DNA of 64,000 bases from Tubiluchus corallicola (lineage: Eukaryota; Animalia; Priapulida), in contig JAQGDQ010000214.1 of NCBI GenBank assembly GCA_030141605.1, forward strand, positions 124,001 to 188,000. The letters run 5' to 3'. The notes beneath the pieces were generated by a model. That model worked only from the letters and a program-made list of their open reading frames with translations. It had not been told where the DNA came from and searched no databases. Positions within the stretch are counted from its first letter, which is position 1; each line of letters opens with the position of its first letter. Positions 54,970-64,000 of this stretch are shown here, in pieces. The translations under genes and the position numbers were made by a program.

Positions 54970-57900
54970 CACTGCTGCTGCTTGCATTAATTACGTCACA
55001 ATTAATATATTATTTACTAGTATTATCTCGTATCATCGAGTTGGTCTCTCTACACAAATGGTCATTTTTGCACAGTTACGCGTGTTTTTTATTTTGTTTT
55101 AGGTCAGTCCACCTTGGATTTGCAGGAATCACACTGCTCTTATTAACGCACATATGTACGACGGTGGGACTTGCCATTAGTTATAATACGCAACCGTAAG
55201 GCTTGTATATTTGCATGAAGCACTTTTTCGCACGTAGAATTTTTCTATAACGTAGGTGTTTGTTCTGCGAAAATAATCAGTTATCAATGATGAACATAAG
55301 TTTAATTAGATTGACAGTTATTAAGTCCATTCAAAAATATCAATGAATAAATCAAAATGAAAATTAATAGAAGTAAACTTACATCTTTGCGGCATATATT
55401 TAATGAAAAATTTCACTAGCTTGCACAAGACACATGTTCACATATACTTCATAATTTTGTCAATGCCCACACTTTAAGATTTCTAGCTAGATGGAGCCAC
55501 CTTGGCTATAAAATTAAAATGTATTAAGTCAGGTTCACATTGGCCTTAATACTAATAAAACAACTTTGCTGAATGCTGTCATGCGACATTTAGATTAAAT
55601 TGCAAGATAAAAGATGTACTTTTCGTTTAGAGTCATGAGACCTCGTGCATAATGCATACCACAATTTTTTTCATGGGTTTACTAGTTCATAGACTTCCTA
55701 GTTAAACAGTTAACATGCAAAATATAAACAGTTTCTATTCTAAGACTTTCTTACTTTTAGATTTACCAATCCTTATATGATCTATTACAAGCCATGGAGC
55801 AGAGTTGGCCCCTACGCAATAGGAATGGCACTTGGTTTCTTCTTGTTCAAGTTTCGACTGAAGGCTAAGCTGCAAAAGGTTTAAATTGTTTTTTTTTCTG
55901 TTTCAAAACAAGCAGCGCATAACTATGAGTATCTTGTATTTCTTCATTGGGGCGGACACGTTCAAAAAAGCTGATTTGTTCCCGAAAAAAATCAATTAAT
56001 TGATTAGTGACTGCCTCACCTATATGTACATAGTTACCTCGCTTTTATGTAGTCGCGGAACATGCAGATGGATCTTTTAAGTGACGCCATTTTTCGTACT
56101 GTTGAGTTCATGATACATTTATTTATTTGTGGGAAATTCTCTAGACACATTGTTCTCTTGGAAGCAGCATTGTCGTTTTTCAGTGTTCAGTTAATTCCAG
56201 TGATACTCAAAGCTCATTCACTGTGTGTTTCGTAGTTTAAGATGAATAAAAAACTTAAAGGGGAAAAGGGAATTTTAAAGTATATTCAAAATTAATATTA
56301 ATTCATCACCTAATAATTAATAATAAGATGACGTTGGTCTTTGAAAAGTGAACTCTGTAATTCTGAAATATCTATTTAAAACTTGGCAAACCCCGTACTC
56401 CCAAAACAGCTAGTGCTTAAAAAAAATACTGATATCTTTTATTGAATTTACATTTTTAAATTTAGCAATTCATCAAACAAAATCTATTAAAGCGTGATTA
56501 TCTTCGTGAATTGTTTGCAGTGGCAAGTTGCTTGCTGTTGGCTAATAGCTGGATTCATGTGCCTGAGTACATTGTTCGCTTCTTATCCATACTTTAAAGA
56601 CGCGCTATACGAGAACCCAGAAGACGTGTGGTCCACCGGAAAATACGTGTTATACGAATCCTGTAGTAGAATAGCCTGGGGGCTTGGTGTAGCTATCATT
56701 ATATTCATTTGCATAACTGGCCATGGAGGTAAATTTATAAAATTATGATGATTATTACTTGTATCGTATAATGCAATGCTATTCTTAATCGTAGTGGTAA
56801 AGAAAAATTCCCAAAACGTTAATGTCATTAGTACAGGTTTATACATTAAATAACCTTCTCATAGTTCCAGTGATTGATGAAGATTGTGAAAATATCAAAA
56901 GTTAAGTGTACCAAACAACGCAATTGTGTGTACTTGACAACGCCTCGCAGCACAACCTATTGTAATACTAACAGTTTTAACAGCTTGCCTAGTTCATATT
57001 TTCTTGTTCCCATGCAAGATCCTGCTAGTAAATCACTCTACAGTAAATCGCAGACTAATGCATAATTAAGTCAAGTTTACGTAAAACAACTGAAGTTACT
57101 GAACTGATGCGGCAGAAGGCGTTGTTTTACACACATGTCACGTGATGGTTGTAGCTAAGATGCGTTGCCTTATTACACTTAACCTTTGACCTGCAGCAAC
57201 TGTGCGTGCGCAAAACGAAACTGTGAAAAGGTTTATTGACAGTGAAACCAGTAAAAAATTAAACTACTTACATTTTTACAGGCATTGTTGACGTAATATT
57301 GTCTTGGAAGGCTCTGATTCCACTAAGTCGTCTGTCTTACTGTGTATACTTGCTACATCCTGTGATTATGTACGCGTATTATATGTCACGTTCACGAGCG
57401 ATATACATGGATCACTCAAGTATGGTAAGAATTAAGAATTTTGGAAATATTGGCAAATTCAATAATCGTTATATAGAAGTTTAAAAAATTATACAAAAAC
57501 CCTTATTAGTTGACTGGACACAGATGTTAAAATTTGAAGATGTTATAAACAATTAGAATGACATAATGACGTATTTATTAGTAAAAGGTATAAATCAATT
57601 TAAATGAAATTATTCATTCATCGCAGCCTATATCAAAATCGTAACTATATATTATGTTTTCCTTGTTTCCTTGCTTTTACTACATCATTTACTTTATTTC
57701 AAAATAAAAAATTTAGTTCATAGTTCATATAAGCTACAGTTCATTTGTCATAGAAGTTTTAGAACATCTAAGTTCTGCGATCATTTGTGCTTAGTCAACC
57801 GATGAAGATTCTGAAAACATTTTGTTTTAATTTATATAAACCGATATAAAGGCCATCCAAGCGTTATTTTTTGTTGTTGTTGAATGTTAATTATAGTATG

Positions 57901-58875
57901 ATACAGAACTTAAAGATGTGATTTCGCAAGCTTTTTTGCAAAACGATGCAGTTGTTTGCGAAATCTTCACAAAAAGGCGCTTTTTGACACCTCACTTTGG
58001 TAACAACAGACCTAACTAGTAGGAATAGGAGTGTGCTTACTGATGGTGAAAAATTTGTACAAAAGTGTTTTGCAACCATTATTATAGGTATTTCTACACT
58101 AATTTGCTGCCTTAATCTCTAGTTTTAAGTTGAAATGTCAAAATGTGCAAGGAGTCAAGAATTGATTGACCTGTTACACTTAAAATATACCGCAAGTAGA
58201 CATAAATGTGTTTTTTATATCTCAATCGTTATAATGTATTTGTTTTTAAAATAAGTTTTTTAAAATTCTTTCTATTGAGACACGACACCATTTCTATTGA
58301 AAAACTAACGTCAATCAAACCCCTTTGCATCAGAGGGTTTACTTAAAATTGGTTTACTTTAAATTGAAGGGGATGGCCATTTAGGGGGATGCTTTTACAG
58401 TGTTACTAAGGTAAACAATTTCCACGCAGCAAATGGTTGCCCATCTTGTTTGTTCAACTTTATTGTCGATTCGTATAATGGTGAAAACCGAGGTTTCCTA
58501 AGGTAGTTTTGATCTTCCGTTTTTATCAATGCCGTTGCTAAGATAAACAAACAGTAGCCATGACAACCAAATTAAAAGAATAATATTTTATAGTTTAATT
58601 CTAAGTTATTTTATTAAACGAAACTAATAGCCAATCATTGTTATTTGTAGGTAATGTACTTCTTTGGCTTCATGGTTATGTCATTCGTGGTTTCAGCAGC
58701 TGTATCATTAGCCCTTGAATCACCAATGATCGCACTGGAGAAGCTCGTGTTCAAAAGAAATAAAGGAAAAGGTCGCGAATTGCAAGGAAAGGAAGATAAC
58801 TGTGCACCTGAACAGACAGTTAATTCGGTGGTTGTTGATGATGGTAAAGAGAAAACAAAAACTGAAAAATTTTAG
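42589..58875 (+). CDS. NRF-6-like / O-acyltransferase-like protein, paralogue 3; 15 exons, ~825 aa
   Basis: Exons: 42589-42883, 45503-45681, 47119-47206, 48900-49038, 49513-49895, 50608-50775, 50921-51014, 51395-51493, 52753-52918, 54288-54367, 55103-55195, 55761-55878, 56521-56728, 57282-57424, 58651-58875 (2478 nt incl. TAG). WALKFLDAWGKPESGILEG, GSYDEC, YGVCMPSSC; IHGIRFFSMAWVLLGH, SVDSFFVLSG, HRFWRLTP, WSWYLSCDMQ, YYKPWSR, LSRLSYCVYLLHP, LESPMIALEK. Confidence 0.93.
43997..44675 (-). mobile_element. Kolobok-like MITE, family D copy (inverted)
   Basis: AGCACAAGAAAAG...GGTACCCCTTTTCTTGTCCT|TTAA; reverse complement colinear with 14870-15504. Confidence 0.8.
47500..47795 (-). mobile_element. 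LINE ORF2 C-terminal fragment
   Basis: ETYLENVKNTKGRKALTKFRTSAHRLAVGTSRY...RVCSVCNVVEEECHFLLYC, the typical C-terminal zinc-finger-like region of L2/Crack-type LINEs. Confidence 0.8.
48218..48736. mobile_element. Non-autonomous PIF/Harbinger-like MITE
   Basis: Inverted ends GACGCATTCAGACTAGAGAGTTTTCTCTCGCAC / TGTGAGAGGAAACTTTTAGTCTGAACGCGCT; target duplication not clear. Confidence 0.6.
51110..51225. repeat. (GGT)n-like low-complexity repeat
   Basis: Direct reading; intron 7 of paralogue 3. Confidence 0.85.
51895..52440. repeat. Polypyrimidine low-complexity tract
   Basis: About 550 bp almost entirely C/T on the + strand; intron 8 of paralogue 3. Confidence 0.85.
54690..54966. repeat. (CT)n microsatellite
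   Basis: Direct reading; intron 10 of paralogue 3. Confidence 0.95.
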
Positions 58876-59679
58876 TAACAAGTAAAAGTTTGACGTTGCA
58901 TTCCCCGCACACAGGTCTCGTTTTTTACGTTTGTTAAGTAATAAGTAAGTTGATTTCAGATACAGCTGCCATGGAGTTCACTTTTTGAAAATCTGGACTG
59001 CTAAAGTTCATGCAAACCAGCGAATGAACTGGAAATACATTGTAATTAGAGTATTTCTCTTCTTCGATCTCCATCAAAGTCTTCACGCACATACTTTACA
59101 ACTTTAAGGACTTTAAAAATCATCCAAACGAAGTACGATTTCAATGTGATAATTGTTTCTAAAATATGTAGGCGACGTTCTTCTCTTCATTTACCATACA
59201 TGTCCTAGCTGAATATTGGTTGATATCAGATGCTTGTAATTGTAAGTGTAAAAACGCTCAAAGCAAATGTAGGGCACCAAAACAGCTACAGCGACAGAAA
59301 CTGCAGAAGCAGCGACGTCAGAGTAGATACAACAACTGGAACAATTAACATGACAGCAGTGAAGAAATTTCTTCAAAAAGATTCATGAATCTAATAAAGG
59401 GTACAACAAAGCAGCGGTAGTGGTATCTAAATTACGCAGTGGTATGCAATGGTAAATTATTCATCCAGAAACCTATTATTTTGGCATGAAAGCACTATTT
59501 CGCCTTACATATACTACATGCCATTCTATTGTTTTAAATTAAAGGCAAAATAGTTTTAATGTTGTGGAAACGTGTTGCGTATTTATATTGCCTCTAGATA
59601 AGATAAGATTAATTTTAGGCAATAAACGCTTATGAAGGAGGATTTAAGCGTTTATGTATCGTATACTTGTTCAAGACGT

Positions 59680-59763
59680 GCGCGAGTGAGCGAGCGAGAG
59701 AGAGAAAGAGAGCATGTGTGTGTGTGTGTGTGCGCGCGCGTGCGTGCGTGCGTGCGTGCGTGC

Positions 59764-59820
<57 letters not shown>
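59680..59820. repeat. Compound (GT)n(GCGT)n(GA)n microsatellite
   Basis: Direct reading. Confidence 0.95.
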
Positions 59821-59821
<1 letters not shown>

Positions 59822-61816
59822 GGTGATTAACAAATTATTACAAGAAATATATTTTAAACGCCATTTTTTAAACTAAAAAGAACGGATTAAGATACCTGCG
59901 ACGCAGTTCACTTTTTGAAAAGTTGGACTACGAAATAAAATGTATGTAATTACAGTATTTATTTTCCTTAATCTTCATCAGAATCTTCACTCAAGTACTT
60001 TACAAATTTAAGGTAATTTAAAATTATGCAAAGAAATAAGGAAAATCCGGTTCTTCTTAGTTCTTTGTTTGGTTTTAGCCACGTTAGTGTTTGTTCAATC
60101 TACACATGTTGTAAAGATCACCGGTTCAGGTTACTCCATGTCAGGTCTTCGCTTTCTTGAATTTACATTGGTTGAAACAAACATTGTTGATGATGACCGG
60201 GATTAATTTAAGTGAAGTCAGTCAAACGGCCTCACCTTATACGCGTGTCTAAGTTACAAGAATATTCTAGAGGCAATTATGGATTATAAATACCCCCTAA
60301 GCCATTTTGCAACTGATTTTTAGTTTTCCTGTACCAATTTTCTCTGACACTGTTAACAGAAAATTCCTACTTATTACTGGTGATTTAATTAGCTTCTTGC
60401 AGCTATTTCGTCAGATAAAATTCTTGCAGTTATCTTTAAACATTTGAAATTATTGCACTTGATAATGTCTACTTATGAAATAAGATATCTATCAGGTATT
60501 GTAAAGAAATTCTTACCAGAAGGTCATACAAATAATGCTTGACAACAAAGTTAAAATAACCACATGTGTGTAATGACAATACGTATGGTAAATGCGTTAA
60601 CGTCCAAAAACGTTTTTGTATCTCCATAATTTTCATATATGGTTTGCAGTGCTGTCTCAAGGCCAGAACTATTAATTCACTAGATTTCCATTTCCATACT
60701 CACAGCGTATCACTTTAACTTCAGAAAATTCGTCAGTGAAACAAAGACTGGCATATCAATGGAACTTTGACTGTCGCGCCAGTAACACACAACAAATAGC
60801 AGTGATGTGAAAATCTTGTACATTACAAGTAATTGCGAGAAAAATCGAACAAACAATTGCAGTTGTTGCTTTCTGAATAGTGGACAAGGAAGAGAAAGAG
60901 CAAAAGGAGATAACCTGATAATTGTAGGGCTGCTATCTGTCGTTAAAGATTTCATCCTGCTATTAGCGTGTATTAATGCCATTAAAAGTAGAGATAGAGA
61001 CATTCCGTAGTGTAATTATGTTGAAATTTAATGTATAACCTGCAATTTTAATTAATCTTATAATACTTGTGTTGAAACGTATGTAATAATACGTACTAAT
61101 TATTTAATATATAGCAATGTTTGAACAAAAATCTCCAGACTGATAAGATTCACACTATACCACATACATTCTAATCAAGATTTTTCATGAAGAAAACTAA
61201 TGTAATGAATACTAGTCTCACATAGTTATCTCCTAAATACATGATCTCCTATCAAAAGTGCTGAAATTGAGATGCTGCCATATAGGTTTATATAATCAAA
61301 ACAAAGTTAGTATGTCTGACTGCAAACAGCAACAATAAATCTATGATTTTAGACAAATATTGAATGGCGAGTAGTCCAAACAACCAAAACAATCTATAGT
61401 CATCATTCATCTATAGTCAGCTAGTACAGCGTGTGGGATTTTTAATACACAAAATTTGGTGTGTCCTTATAGATGTTGCACAGTTACAATTAACGTGGCA
61501 ATAAGTTGTGACAGGCATAGAGGACGCAGCGGTAATGAAAACAATAAACGACAAAGCATCATTGATGCTCATAGAGCAACTATACTCAAATTTCTAGACC
61601 TACAAAGAAATATCTCTCAGAATGAAGAATTTTAGAAGTCTTCTAATTGGAGTATTGCGCATCAATGTAACCATTAAGGTTACCACTATAGATATATATA
61701 AAAGTTAGAAGAATATTTTTTGGAAGAAGGAATTTATGACGACAAAAGCAGTCTACATGCTGCTTCATGCTGCTAATCCAGTGAAATTCCTTCGAATTAA
61801 CTCTTGCATGCTTCTG

Positions 61817-63874
61817 TTACTTCACACTGGAAATCCGGTATAACTCCTTTGGGTTAACTTTTCCTGCGTGATCTTTAGGAAGACTACCAACAAACTTTAC
61901 GCCTCCAGTTAAATTGTATTGCGCTAGAGGTGAATTATCTACAAAAAATAACAAAACAGTTTAATATGTCACGCAAAAGAAAGAAAGAGGCAGTTTAAGG
62001 ATGTTAACATTAATGTTTACAGTCTTGCAACAAATGAACTTGTACATTTGTTCCTGCACGGGAACCATACCCTAGATTATTCTGTCAACACTCAAATTTT
62101 TGTTTTAGTGCAGTCTTTCATTTCAAACACTAAGCGCTTTAAATAGTATTAACTAAGTTACTCTTGTTACATAGTAATGTTCATATTTATTGCAAAATTT
62201 TGTACATTGTGGCCACCATTGTTCTGCATTTGTCTAGCGTTGCGTTTCCACAAGGGGAGCACATATATCAGTTGTAAAACTGTCTGTTTCAAATCTAGTC
62301 ATATGTTACATCTTCAATAAATTATGTTTAACCCAAAAGAAAGAGACACTAAAATAGTCAAAACAACTGGTATTTTTAGAAAACTAGATGTGATGTTAGA
62401 TGACCGATAACGAAAAAGCACTTACCATCTACAAACAGAATGATGTCATCTGCTGTGACTGTCTCATCTTGTGGAACAACAATCGCCCGCAAAAGCTGCA
62501 GACCCTCGTGGTTTGGATCATGGACTCCAATAACAGCAGCTTCCTTAACCAGTGGACATGTCAACAAAATGTCAACAACTTCTGACGGAGAAACCTGCAA
62601 AATAACATTAGGCGACATAGATATAGCTCATAGGTAAAAACATAATTATTATGCAATGCAGATTACAACTGTTGTTATTGTAGAAAGATTCTCGAAAAAT
62701 ACAGGAAATTTAGTAAGTATTGGAAAAAATTACACCCAGATACACTGCGCAGCAACCAGGAAGAAGCTATTTTGCTACCTTCTTTTTGAGGCATTCGTTG
62801 TAATTAGATTTTTTTTACTAAACTTCATGCTTAAAGGAAGAGCGGACGATTGTTTAGACTCAATTTCATTTTAATTTACTGTCCATAATATACATTTTCC
62901 TGCCTATAAAAGTTAACAATTGTTCCTTATATTTGAATAATTAGCTTAGCCATTTAGTTAACGGCAATCGAATACAGCTATTGCTTACGTCAGAAACTAA
63001 CCACAGTTTGTGCATTGGCAGGCGTCTTCCCTTGCGCGTCAAGCACATTTGCATAAGTGTTACAGTACGGCTTAAACGCATGATGTCACGAAAAATGGGC
63101 TTTACATCATATGACGTCATGAAATTAACACAGCAGTTCATGACCATGCTTATCACGGTACCGCTTTCTATTTGTCGGCCACGCGCATGCGACAAAAAGG
63201 CGCCGCTGCCAATCTTAGTAGGTTCACTGAGCCGCGCGTAGCATTGAAAGTTTAACGGAATTTGAGTATCCGAGGTAATTATTATAAGCTTTGATTTAAA
63301 ATAAGTTATTATAGCTTTCAATATTTTGGTGTATTCTTTATTCTGAACTAAAGTTTACACAGTCATCCGGTTTTCTTTTAACGAAATTTGAGTATCCGAG
63401 GTAATTATTATTTAATCTAAGCTGTGATTTAAAATAAGCTATTGTAGTTTTCAATATTTTAGAGTATTCTTTATTCTGAACTCGTGTTTACACAATCATC
63501 CGGTTTTCCTTTAAGCAGAGCATATCGTTAATTTCACTTACAATCAAGTCATAAAATCAAACGTCAAACGTCAAAATTTAGGCATTATTCGCTCTTTATT
63601 AGTTTTTGAACTACTGTATATTGATTACACTCACATGTACTTTCATTTTTTCTATGCTGACGTAGATAGTTTCTTTTAATTTGTCGACCACGTAAATGTA
63701 ATCATCTGAATCATAGTGAGCAGTGTCACCAGTATGTAGCCAACCATCATCATCTATGACTTCTCTGGTAGCTTCCAGATTGTTGATATATGCTTTCATG
63801 ATGTATGGACATCTGAGACACAGTTCCCCTGTTCTTTCGGGCTTACAGATTTCACCAGTGACTGTATCAACAAT
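61817..63874 (-). CDS. 3' part (last three exons) of a luciferase-like / 4-coumarate-CoA ligase-like acyl-CoA synthetase (ANL adenylate-forming superfamily); 5' exons lie beyond the window
   Basis: Minus-strand exons 63874-63635, 62594-62426, 61938-61817 (GT-AG, phases 0 and 1) give IVDTVTGEICKPERTGELCLRCPYIMKAYINNLEATREVIDDDGWLHTGDTAHYDSDDYIYVVDKLKETI...VSPSEVVDILLTCPLVKEAAVIGV...LTGGVKFVGSLPKDHAGKVNPKELYRISSVK*. GWLHTGD (A7), GGVxFVxxLPK and the A10 GK are typical of the luciferase/4CL clade. Confidence 0.9.
62835..63510 (+). mobile_element. Kolobok-like MITE, family C copy 4 with a second copy of its 3' end
   Basis: TTAA|AGGAAGAGCGGACGATTG...CATCCGGTTTTCT|TTAA near 63380, then a second ~130-bp 3' end finishing CCGGTTTTCCT|TTAA at 63510; lies in an intron of the ANL gene. 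Confidence 0.85.
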
Positions 63875-64000
63875 CTAAATCACAAAGTCGATCAAATTAA
63901 CAACAATTATGACTGTCATCATATAGTTTTTAATGGATAACGATCTTAATAAGAAAAGAAACTTTTGCACAACAAAAGCCTATGAATCAATGGCTTGTTG

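Noticed and set aside
62941-63321. 126-aa and 86-aa ORFs, with similar ORFs at 40452-40661
   Set aside because: Inside family C MITE copies; the frames are not preserved between copies and show no recognisable domain.
61817-63874. Calling the ANL gene a true luciferase
   Set aside because: Luciferase-like homology is common in non-luminous animals, the substrate-binding N-terminal domain is outside the window, and the organism is unknown.

Overview
AT-rich, intron-rich animal (invertebrate-type) genomic DNA; the ORF track is mostly single exons, repeats and noise. Manual GT-AG splicing gives three complete, tandem, same-strand paralogues of the NRF-6 / O-acyltransferase-like family (signal peptide + Cys-rich NRF domain + multi-pass acyltransferase-3 domain): 52-16669 (15 exons, ~713 aa), 22394-39872 (14 exons, ~798 aa) and 42589-58875 (15 exons, ~825 aa). 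They are followed tail-to-tail by the last three exons of a firefly-luciferase/4-coumarate-CoA-ligase-like adenylate-forming enzyme on the minus strand (61817-63874, 5' part outside the window), which keeps the A7 and A10 motifs but has a rebuilt A8 loop. Introns and spacers carry at least four TTAA-flanked (Kolobok-like) MITE families, pogo-like, hAT-like and Harbinger-like non-autonomous elements, an internally deleted IS630/Tc1 element, LINE relics, a 24-bp minisatellite and microsatellites. The main hypothesis is an animal acyl-activation + acyl-transfer gene cluster. All exon models and alignments were made by eye; no database searches were run and the organism is not identified.
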